From contig CAUDUM010000007.1 of NCBI GenBank assembly GCA_958452575.1, positions 87,127 to 151,126 of the forward strand: a stretch of 64,000 bases of DNA. The letters run 5' to 3'. Shown here in pieces: positions 45,302 through 57,178 of this stretch. A program made the position numbers and the translations under genes. The first letter of the stretch is position 1, and each line of letters starts with the position of its first letter. The notes under the pieces were generated by a model. The model saw only the letters and a program-made list of their open reading frames with translations. It was not told the DNA's origin and ran no database searches. This DNA comes from an uncultured Eggerthellaceae bacterium (GTDB taxonomy: Bacteria > Actinomycetota > Coriobacteriia > Coriobacteriales > Eggerthellaceae).

Positions 45302-46018
45302 CTACTCGCCCTTGTCGGCCTTAGCCTTGAAAGCGGCGAAGATGCCGGCGGCCAGCGCGGCGCCCACCAGCGGGGCAACGATGAACACCCACACCTGGGA
45401 CAGCGCGGTGGCATCGCCCTGCGTCAGCATGGCGAGAGCGGGTCCGAAGCTGCGGGCGGGGTTGACGGAGGTGCCCGTCAGCGGAATGCCCATGATGTGC
45501 ACGAAGGTCAGCGTCAGGCCGATGATGATGCCGGCGAAGGGAGCCGTCTTGGCGTCGGCGGTGGAGCCCAGCACGGCAAGCACGAAGATGCAGGTCAGGA
45601 TGATCTCGACGACGACGGCGCCGATCATGCTCAGGCCAGTGGTGGACGCCTCGTCAAAGCCGTTGCAGCCCAGGCCGGTCACTAGCGCGCCGCCGAGGGT
45701 GGTGCAGTTGACGATCAGCAGCAGCACGAACGCGGCGATGATGGCGCCGACGAACTGCGCGATCCAGTAGCCGATGAGATCCTTGCCCGACAGGCGCTTG
45801 TCCAAAAACAGGCCCAGCGAGACGGCGGGGTTAATGTGGCAGCCCGACACGTTGCCGATGACGAACGCCATGGCGATGATGGACAGGCCGAACGCGAACG
45901 CGATGCCCAGCGTGCCCAGCGTGGCGCCGGCGATGGCGGCGCTGCCGCAGCCGAACAGCGTCAGGACGAACGTGCCGAGCGCCTCGGCGCCGTACTTCTT
46001 CATCGAAGATGCTTCCAT
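45302..46018 (-). CDS. MIP-family aquaporin / glycerol facilitator
   Basis: Two NPA boxes (HINPAVSLG and SVNPARSFGP). Start MEASSMKKYG after GAGGAAG. The rest of the 399-aa track ORF is upstream shadow. Confidence 0.9.
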   Translation of the reverse strand: MEASSMKKYGAEALGTFVLTLFGCGSAAIAGATLGTLGIAFAFGLSIIAMAFVIGNVSGCHINPAVSLGLFLDKRLSGKDLIGYWIAQFVGAIIAAFVLLLIVNCTTLGGALVTGLGCNGFDEASTTGLSMIGAVVVEIILTCIFVLAVLGSTADAKTAPFAGIIIGLTLTFVHIMGIPLTGTSVNPARSFGPALAMLTQGDATALSQVWVFIVAPLVGAALAAGIFAAFKAKADKGE

Positions 46019-46637
46019 TGTCTTCCTCTCTATCCTTAAAAAATGCGCCGGACAATAATGAGGAAAGCTCTGAACTGCGTCAATGCGTTCAATTTTAATT
46101 TGAAACCTCATCGGTGACATTAAGGAAGGGAAGGTTTGACGCCGGGGAGGGGGGTTGGGGCATACGCCCGCGATGCTGCGCCGTCGACTGTGTTGCCGTC
46201 CCCGGCCGCTGCCCGTACTGCCGGACAGATGCCCGCGCCGCCACCCCAGGCCGCTGCCTGTGCCCTTCGGGCAGCCGCTCACGCCGCAGCCCGTGTTGTC
46301 GTCCCAGACCGCTGCCAGCACTGCCGTCCGTGTTGCCCTGTCCCGTCGCCTGTTCGCTCTCGCACGCCTTCGGGGTACCGCGCGCCTTGCAAGGCCACCG
46401 CCCGAACCCCGCCCGAACCCCGCCCACCTTGATTTTCGCTTGCGCTTTACCGGTTCGAGGATGGCCGACGTCGTGCATCGCCTACAATAGCCAACGGTCA
46501 CGGCAGCACCGCCGTTTCGGATCGAAGGCGAGAGGCGTCTGGAGGGCCGCTTTCAGCGACGCCCGATCAGCCGCAGGATGCGCTCCGGTCGCGTGACGGG
46601 CGGCGCGCCTCGTTTCGGGCGCAAAGGAGATTCGCAT

Positions 46638-48491
<1,854 letters not shown>

Positions 48492-48580
48492 GGGAGGGGG
48501 CGGAGTCCGAAACGGCGTGCGGACGCGGTGCAGGACGCCGCCTCGCGGATGATGGGGTCTCCGATCGCGGAAAGGGAGCC

Positions 48581-49114
48581 ATGGAAGACAATCTGGGCAT
48601 CGAGGGCCAGGTCGGCTTAGGGGTCGACATCGTCGAGATCGAGCGGATGAAGCGGATCCTCGCGCGCACGCCGAGCTTCCGCACGCGCATGTTCTCGGAA
48701 GACGAGCGCGCCTACTGCGATGCGAAGGCGACGCCCGAAGTGCACTACGCGACGCGCTTCGCCGCCAAGGAGGCCGTGCTCAAGGCTCTGGGCACGGGTT
48801 TCACGCGCGGGATCAATCCCCGCGACATCGAGGTCAAGCGCACATCGAAGGGGCGCCCCTACGTGTCGCTCACGGGTCGTGCGCGCGAGGTGGCGCACGA
48901 GGCGGGCGTGCGCGAGCTGCCGATCTCGCTGTCGTTCACACATTCCGAAGCGGTCGCCTGCGCCATGGCGATCACTGAAGAGAGCATCCGCGCCTCCGAA
49001 AAACGCGTCGACCCCATGGCAGAGCTGGCCCAGCAGTTCAAGGAGGCCCGCGCCCTCCTAGACGAGATGGATGCCCCAGACGTTCAATCCCCGACTTCGC
49101 AGCCCGTCGATTAA
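48581..49114 (+). CDS. acpS: holo-ACP synthase (4'-phosphopantetheinyl transferase) with C-terminal extension
   Basis: GVDIVEIERM and FAAKEAVLKALGTG. About 50 extra C-terminal residues. Confidence 0.85.
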   Translation: MEDNLGIEGQVGLGVDIVEIERMKRILARTPSFRTRMFSEDERAYCDAKATPEVHYATRFAAKEAVLKALGTGFTRGINPRDIEVKRTSKGRPYVSLTGRAREVAHEAGVRELPISLSFTHSEAVACAMAITEESIRASEKRVDPMAELAQQFKEARALLDEMDAPDVQSPTSQPVD

Positions 49115-49185
49115 TTGGTCCGATGTTTTGCGATCTCGGTACTTCGTACCGCTCTTCATGAGGTTTTGCGTTTCGAGCGGCGCTT

Positions 49186-49248
49186 CCGACCCCCGAATAA
49201 CGCTTTTTCTGGATATTCGAGTCAAAAAAGACGTTATTCGGGGGTCGG
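49186..49248. repeat. 17-bp perfect inverted repeat unit (CCGACCCCCGAATAACG ... CGTTATTCGGGGGTCGG)
   Basis: Arms at 49186-49202 and 49232-49248, with an AT-rich 29-nt spacer. Confidence 0.8.
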
Positions 49249-49384
49249 CTCTTCAAAAAAACGCCCGAGCTGGCTCGCGGGTTTGAAGCGTCGACGGATG
49301 ACGGACTCCTGAACTGGCGTTTTGGTTATGTGCAGGAAGCCTCCCGAAACAGGTTCTCTACGAAAAGGTCAATGCGGGCTGATC

Positions 49385-49440
49385 GACCCCGAAAAACGCA
49401 AATAATGGCTGGGTTATCCAAAAAATGCGTTATTTGGGGT
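49385..49440. repeat. second, degenerate copy of the same inverted repeat unit
   Basis: ACCCCGAAAAACGCA pairs with TGCGTTATTTGGGGT (13/15 complementary). Same CCCCGAATAACGC-type half-site. Confidence 0.65.
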
Positions 49441-49529
49441 GCGACGGGAGTCCTGGACCGCGATCGGATGATTTTGCGTGCCGAGACCCCATCGCACTTC
49501 AATCCGTGGAGTTTTGCTAGATCGTGGCG

Positions 49530-50519
49530 TTACGATAAAGGGTGAAAGCGCTTACGCTCTTCCCACTCGGGGCTTCGATAGAACAAGTCTCTGAGAGCCC
49601 GCTGCTTCGCTCCGTAGTCCCTGCAACGCGGGCGGAACTGCGTTCCGAGTAGTTTAGCCAGCTCTTTTGCTATCGCCGTCATCTGGGGGAGGTTGTTGTA
49701 TTGCATTCGCGTAACGGTGATCACTGTCGTGTTCGCAAAAGCGAGGGCTCCTCTCCGCGCGGCGTCTGAGGCGATTCTTGCAGAACCCGTATGTTCCATA
49801 TCGCTGTCGTATTTGATGCCCAGCTTGCCGCTTTCCCAATAAAGGTCGCATTTGACGAAACCCCTCCCGGCAATCATCCGCTCTGACGGGGTCAGATTCA
49901 ATCGGTAGTTCAGGGTTGGGCGCGGCAGGCCAAAGCCGCCTAGATTACAGGGAAGCGAAAGCAGCATCGCCAAGCGTGTTTCCGCCGGCGATGCCGAGTT
50001 AGGCAGGACGTAGCGCAGTGCGCGCAAAGCGTTTTTTCTGCCATGAGCCCTTGGTGAATTTTCGAGGAACGTCTGCAGTTTCCGGGGGGTTATGAGCTGC
50101 CTTCTTTTGAAGAAGCCCCCTTCAGAGCGCTCCGATAATGAATAAGTACCGCAAAGCTCGTATCCGAGCCTGATGAGATCAAGGAGCGCCAAAGAGTTTG
50201 CCACCTGCTCGAATGCGAGCTCGACGGAGCATGTATACAGGTCGTTGCCGATACGGTAAAACGAACGGGCGGAGGATCTCGCCGAGTGAAGGTGATGGAT
50301 GACAAGATCGGGTCTTTCGTTTTTCACGGCGGTGCTGGTTGTCGCGTGAACGGGGAGGCTGAACGTGTGCGGCAGCAGAGCGCCAAGGTTTGCGAGATCG
50401 CTTGCGTGAGCGGTTTTCGAGGGGAGCTTGAAAGAAGAGGAAACGATGCCGGCCGATGGCTTTCTGGGCGGGGAAAGCCAGTACTCGAGGGCGGTGATAT
50501 GTCCGAGAACCATGGTCAT
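49530..50519 (-). CDS. hypothetical protein with a DUF559/restriction-endonuclease-like C-terminal domain
   Basis: ASPAETRLAMLL...LPRPTLNY...VKCDLYWESGKLGIKYDSDMEH...D..R pattern. The only minus-strand gene here, with locally lower GC and no clear SD. Confidence 0.5.
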   Translation of the reverse strand: MTMVLGHITALEYWLSPPRKPSAGIVSSSFKLPSKTAHASDLANLGALLPHTFSLPVHATTSTAVKNERPDLVIHHLHSARSSARSFYRIGNDLYTCSVELAFEQVANSLALLDLIRLGYELCGTYSLSERSEGGFFKRRQLITPRKLQTFLENSPRAHGRKNALRALRYVLPNSASPAETRLAMLLSLPCNLGGFGLPRPTLNYRLNLTPSERMIAGRGFVKCDLYWESGKLGIKYDSDMEHTGSARIASDAARRGALAFANTTVITVTRMQYNNLPQMTAIAKELAKLLGTQFRPRCRDYGAKQRALRDLFYRSPEWEERKRFHPLS

Positions 50520-50918
50520 GATTTGGCGAGTATATCACGGCAAAATGCCTGGTGAAACGGTGAATTTAGCCGCTGCGGAAAAATGATGGCCGCGTTGGAT
50601 CGGGGCTGGATCGGCGTTGTTTCCGCGCAAGATCGGTGCAAGATCGGCATGGAACCGATGTGGGATCCGCGCTAGGTTATTGCGGCTATCATGCGAGGAT
50701 GCGGCAAAGCGGATGCGGATGCGGGCAACAGGAAGGCGATGGGGTGCTCGTGGGCGAAGCGGACGGTCTGCGAGAACGGTGGCTGGCTGTTAGGACGAGG
50801 CTGGCTGCTGGGAGCGAAACATGCGGTCAACGGGAGAGGTCGGCGCTGAGCGCGGTCGCGGAGCGCTATACTTGAATTGGATGCTGGGGCGCCAAAACGG
50901 TGCCGGGAGGAGGTCGCC

Positions 50919-52073
50919 ATGATCGAGATCCAAGGACCAGAGTCGATCGAGAAGATGCCGATCAAAACAGACGAAGCCGAGCTCGAGAGCTGCCTTGCCG
51001 ATCAAGGCGATCTCGAAAGTAGCGAGGACCTTGTCGAGCGAAACGATCTCGAAAGTAGCGAGGGCCTTGTCGAGCAGGGCGATCTTGAAAGCAGCGACGA
51101 CCTTGCCGATCAGGTTGACGCGGGCGCCGAAGACGGCCACGAGTCCGATTCCGACACGACCCAAGATCTCGATCCCTCTGCGTCCGCTTGCGTCTACGAT
51201 GCGGCGCGGCTTGCCTCCCTTCTTCCCGGGCCGGCGTCGGATGCTCACAAATACTCGCGCGGCAAGCTGACCATCGTCGGCGGCGCTGCCGCGTATCCTG
51301 GTGCAGCGTGCCTTGCGGCGGCGGCCTCGCAGCGCATGGGTGCGGGATACACCGAGGTCGTCTGCGCTCCGGAGTCGGTGCCGACGGTGCGTGCGTTTCG
51401 CGCATCGCTCGTCGTGCGTTCGTGGGAGGATCTCGATTCCTCGTCGTTCGCGGACGCGCGTCCGGGGCGGCCTGTCGCCTACGCGGTCGGCAGCGGCCTC
51501 GATGCGGCGGGTGATTCCGCCGTCGAGGCCAAGCGCCTCGTCCACCGTGCGCTCAAGCATGCCCACGCCCCTCTTCTCGTGGACGGAGGCGGTTTGACGA
51601 CGCTCGCCTCCGACAAGGGGCGCCGTCTGATGCGTCGGCGTTTCGTCAACGGGTGGCCGACCGTCATCACGCCCCATGCGGGAGAGGCTGCCCGCCTTGC
51701 CGCACCGCTTGACCTGCCGACCGACGATTCGGAGCGGCTCGCCCGTCTTCTGGCGCTCGCCTACGGTGCGATCGCCGTGGTCAAGGGCCCCGACACGTTC
51801 GTCTCGGACGGCGAGGGTGTCGTGCGCGTGACCGAGGGCACTGCCGCGCTTGCCAAGGCGGGCACGGGCGACGTCCTTGCGGGGATACTGGGCGCGCTGC
51901 TCGCGCAGGGGCTCAACCCCTTCGACGCGTCGGTTCTCGCCGTCACGCTCCATGCGCGCGCCGGGCGCCTTGCCGCCGATCGCCTGACCGCCATCAGCGT
52001 CATCGCCGAGGACGTCGTCGCAATGATCCCTGCCGCTATCCGCTCCGTGGCGGACAAACGCATCCCGCGATAG
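50919..52073 (+). CDS. nnrD: ADP-dependent NAD(P)H-hydrate dehydratase (YjeF C-terminal domain) with an acidic repeat N-terminus
   Basis: KYSRGKLTIVGG, VITPHAGEAARL and AKAGTGDVLAG. ATG at 50919 after GGGAGGAGG. Confidence 0.8.
   Translation: MIEIQGPESIEKMPIKTDEAELESCLADQGDLESSEDLVERNDLESSEGLVEQGDLESSDDLADQVDAGAEDGHESDSDTTQDLDPSASACVYDAARLASLLPGPASDAHKYSRGKLTIVGGAAAYPGAACLAAAASQRMGAGYTEVVCAPESVPTVRAFRASLVVRSWEDLDSSSFADARPGRPVAYAVGSGLDAAGDSAVEAKRLVHRALKHAHAPLLVDGGGLTTLASDKGRRLMRRRFVNGWPTVITPHAGEAARLAAPLDLPTDDSERLARLLALAYGAIAVVKGPDTFVSDGEGVVRVTEGTAALAKAGTGDVLAGILGALLAQGLNPFDASVLAVTLHARAGRLAADRLTAISVIAEDVVAMIPAAIRSVADKRIPR
51009..51116 (+). repeat. 3 x 36-nt in-frame tandem repeat (DLESSEDLVERN-type)
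   Basis: gatctcgaaagtagcgagg(a/g)ccttgtcgagc... is repeated, and the third copy is diverged. Confidence 0.85.
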
Positions 52074-52079
52074 GCTTTC

Positions 52080-52135
52080 GCAAGCCGCAAGCCGCAAGCC
52101 GCAAGCCGCAAGCCGCAAGCCGCAAGCCGCAAGCG
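52080..52135. repeat. heptanucleotide microsatellite (GCAAGCC)x7 plus one imperfect unit
   Basis: Perfect tandem copies counted from 52080 to 52128. The tract begins 7 nt after the nnrD stop. Confidence 0.95.
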
Positions 52136-52293
52136 CTCGCTCGTCGTCGGCCGTCAGCGCCCGCCGTCCGTTGCCCCGCGATGTGTCGGTTCGTCAACGG
52201 ATCCCGATCGCGCCGCAGCATCCTCAAACGTCCCTATAATGAAATCAGCGGGAAACCTCCCGCAGCTCCATGCTTCCCAGGAAGGGGAATCTC

Positions 52294-52818
52294 ATGTACA
52301 CCGAAAACAAACGAGATTGGGGCGTCATCATCGCGGGCGTCCTGCTGGTCATCTGCGCGTTCGTCTGCCTTTTGATGCCGGGGGTCACCTTGGTCACGAT
52401 CACCATGATCGCCGGCGCGGGCTTTTTGGTCTCGGGCATCATGGACGTCATCGAATATGCGCGCTTCCGCAAGCAGCTGATGCTTTCGGGATGGGTGCTC
52501 GCCTACGCCATCCTCGACATCCTGATCGGCGCGATGTTCCTGCTGCATCCGCTGGCGTTCTCGGTGGTGCTGCCGTGGCTCATCGGCGGTTTTTTCATCG
52601 CGTTCGGCGTCTTCGAGATCGTCATGGCGGTCCGCGGCCGCTCCGCCGGCATGCCGATGTGGGGCTGGGCGGTGTTCTCGGGCATCGTCGGCGTGCTGTG
52701 CGGCCTGACGTTCTTCCTCAGCCCGGCGACACTGTCCATCTTCATCGCGCTGTTCATGATCATGCGCGGCGCGACGCTTCTGGTGTTCGGCTGGAACGCG
52801 GGGCGCATGCTCCTCTAA
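52294..52818 (+). CDS. HdeD/DUF308 family membrane protein
   Basis: WGVIIAGVLLVICAFVCLLMPGVTLVTITMIAGAGFLVSGI, 6 TM. ATG after AGGAAGGGGA. Confidence 0.7.
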   Translation: MYTENKRDWGVIIAGVLLVICAFVCLLMPGVTLVTITMIAGAGFLVSGIMDVIEYARFRKQLMLSGWVLAYAILDILIGAMFLLHPLAFSVVLPWLIGGFFIAFGVFEIVMAVRGRSAGMPMWGWAVFSGIVGVLCGLTFFLSPATLSIFIALFMIMRGATLLVFGWNAGRMLL

Positions 52819-55065
<2,247 letters not shown>

Positions 55066-55194
55066 GCGCGGTTTTGACGACAACGAAAGAGGCGCGGTGC
55101 GGCGCTGGCGGCAGAGCGCATCGCGCACACCCGACCGCAGGACGGACGCGGCGGAGGAGCGTGGCGGGAATTATTGCGATTTCGAAAAATAATA

Positions 55195-55204
55195 CCCCCC
55201 CCCC
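55195..55204. repeat. homopolymeric C10 tract
   Basis: Counted directly. Sits in an AT-richer patch just upstream of the gene fragment. Confidence 0.9.
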
Positions 55205-55280
55205 GGTGATATTTGCCCATATAGGATGCTAAAAAGCGCACCCATGCGCTCTTCGTCGTCGACCACGACGCGCTCGACGC

Positions 55281-55760
55281 CATCTTGAGACGGTCAACGA
55301 GGAGCTGCAGGCAGCCAACGAGGAGCTGCTCACCACCAACGAGGAGCTGCAGGCTGCCAACGAGGAGCTCTACACGGTCAACGCCGAGTACGAGCAAAAG
55401 CTCGACGAGCTCACCGACACCACCAACGACCTGACGAACTTCCTGTCGTCCACGATGATCGGCATCCTGTTCTTGGACAACAATCTCAATATCCGCAAAT
55501 TCACCGAATACGTGGGCCGCGAGTTCAACATCATGGCGCATGACGTGGGTCGCAGCATCCAGATCGTCGCGCATCTGTTCCAGGACATCGACATCGTGGA
55601 GGATGCGGAGGCGGTTCTGCGCAGCCTCATGCCCATCGACAAGGAGGTCACGACCGTCGACGGCAAAAACTACACGCTGCGCATTGCGCCGTACCGCACG
55701 ACGGAGAACAGCATCGAGGGTCTGGTGCTCACCATCATTGACAGCATCGGCGAGAAGTAG
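55281..55760 (+). pseudogene. 5'-truncated remnant of a CheB/CheR-PAS type signalling protein (coiled-coil plus PAS only)
   Basis: The open frame from 55233 encodes ...LETVNEELQAANEELLTTNEELQAANEELYTVNAEYEQKL..NDLTNFLSSTMIGILFLDNNLNIRKFT... and then a PAS-like 100 aa. There is no methyltransferase or esterase part and no start/RBS at the homology boundary. Confidence 0.6.
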
Positions 55761-55810
55761 GGACTCGTCGGTTTTCCCGACAGACCAGGCGAAGATTCCC
55801 GGTTGCAAAG

Positions 55811-55853
55811 AGAGCCGATCCCAGAACCCCTCCGGGATCGGCTCTTTCCGTTT
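55811..55853 (+). terminator. rho-independent terminator after the PAS fragment
   Basis: agagccgatccc-N11-gggatcggctct followed by ttccgttt. Confidence 0.7.
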
Positions 55854-55931
55854 GCCCTGCTTTCGGTTCGGCGGATCCTTTCGTTTTGAATATTGGCGAT
55901 CGAAAATAAACCTTTTGGGAAACATAATCGC

Positions 55932-55965
55932 TTGACTATATAATTAAACAAGAATAATATTCTTG
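55932..55965 (+). promoter_or_regulatory. candidate modA promoter (TTGACT-N17-TAATAT) overlapped by the 8+1+8 palindrome CAAGAATA-A-TATTCTTG
   Basis: Read directly. -35 at 55932-55937, -10 at 55955-55960, palindrome at 55949-55965. Confidence 0.5.
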
Positions 55966-56037
55966 AACGTGGTACCGACGGGACGTCCTGTCCTTTCGGG
56001 ACAGGAAGGGAATGGACCGAAAAAGGAAGGGATCGAG

Positions 56038-56928
56038 ATGAAAAAACCCATGCGCATCGTCACGGCTTCGGTGTGCGCGCTGGCGCTGGCGGGGTCGTTC
56101 GCGATGTTCGGCTGCTCGTCCAACACCGAGACCGCCGAGGAGCCCAAGGCCCAGGAGCAGGCAGCCGAGCCTGCCGAGCAGGTCGAGCTGCAGATCTTCG
56201 CTGCCAACTCGCTTGAGAAGGCGCTCAATGAGGTTCAGGCCCTCTACACCGAGCAGACCGGTGTGACCTTCGCCGACACGCAGTACGAGGCCTCCGGCAC
56301 GCTGAACGAGATGCTGGGCGGTGGCGCCACCGCCGATATCGAGATCACGGCGTCCAAGGGTACGATGGACACCGCCGTCAAGGAGGGCTATGTCGATGAG
56401 GGCACCCGCTTCGACATGTTCACCAACGACCTGGTGATCGTTGCCGGCACTGACTCCGATATCGACGAGATGACGCTTGAGGAGGCCGCTTCCGGCAACT
56501 ACAAGATCGCCGTGGGCGATGACAACGTCCCCGCGGGCAACTACGCCAAGCAGGCGCTGTCCACCGTGGGCGCGTGGGTCGACGATGAGGGCACGGTCGG
56601 CGCCGAGTCCGACGGCAAGGGCGGCACGTTCGAAGGCACCCCGCTTGAGGGCATGGTGACCGAGGGCAAGTCCGTGGGCGATGTGTGCTCCTATGCCAAC
56701 ACCGGCGATGTCGACCTGGCGTTCGTCTACAGCTCCGACGTGTACCGCTTCGGCAACGTGAAGATCGTGGGCACGGTGCCCGCCGACGCCTGCAAGGCGA
56801 TCGTGTACCCGGCCGCCGTGTGCGCCGAGACCGACAATGCCGAGGCTGCCCAGGAGTTCCTGGATTGGGCCGTCAGCGACGAGGATGCGCTGAAGATCTG
56901 GCAGGAGTGGGGCTTCGAGCTGGCGTAA
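56038..56928 (+). CDS. modA: molybdate ABC transporter substrate-binding lipoprotein
   Basis: Lipobox (AMFGCSS), LQIFAANSL and GDVDLAFVYSSD ModA-type motifs. Confidence 0.85.
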   Translation: MKKPMRIVTASVCALALAGSFAMFGCSSNTETAEEPKAQEQAAEPAEQVELQIFAANSLEKALNEVQALYTEQTGVTFADTQYEASGTLNEMLGGGATADIEITASKGTMDTAVKEGYVDEGTRFDMFTNDLVIVAGTDSDIDEMTLEEAASGNYKIAVGDDNVPAGNYAKQALSTVGAWVDDEGTVGAESDGKGGTFEGTPLEGMVTEGKSVGDVCSYANTGDVDLAFVYSSDVYRFGNVKIVGTVPADACKAIVYPAAVCAETDNAEAAQEFLDWAVSDEDALKIWQEWGFELA

Positions 56929-56946
56929 GCCAGAGCATGCCCGTTT

Positions 56947-57087
56947 GCTCCCGGGGCCGGCCTTCCTGAGAGGGCCGGCCCCGGGAGAAAAGGAGGATGG
57001 GTGAGGTTTTTGCACCCATCCTCCTTTGCGTATAATGTGAAGGCTTCGCGTGCCGGGCGCTTCGGAGGGAAGCTTCCGGCACGCGAA
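56947..57087 (+). repeat. three consecutive perfect hairpins (15, 15 and 13 bp) in the modA-modB spacer
   Basis: Stems pair 56947-56961 with 56972-56986, 56988-57002 with 57012-57026, and 57043-57055 with 57075-57087. A TATAAT lies at 57030-57035. Confidence 0.8.
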
Positions 57088-57178
57088 GGCGCGCCGCCTC
57101 GTCGCGGACGCGCCGCCTGCCATCCGCCTTCCGCAAGGGGCGGGTCGGCGGGGCCTGAGAGGGGAACCGGGAGGATCG

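Noticed and set aside
46480-46637. glmS ribozyme upstream of glmS
   Set aside because: I could find no AGCGCC cleavage-site box and no GACGAGG-type core. The leader is just GC-rich. A cmscan with RF00234 would be decisive.
52080-52135. CRISPR-like array
   Set aside because: The units are 7 nt long, contiguous and without spacers. This is a microsatellite, not a CRISPR. No cas genes are in the window.
56996-57034. 12-codon mini-ORF (MGEVFAPILLCV) inside hairpin 2 of the modA-modB spacer
   Set aside because: The GGAGG abuts the ATG with no spacing, and the whole ORF is simply one arm and loop of a perfect palindrome. It is most likely not translated.
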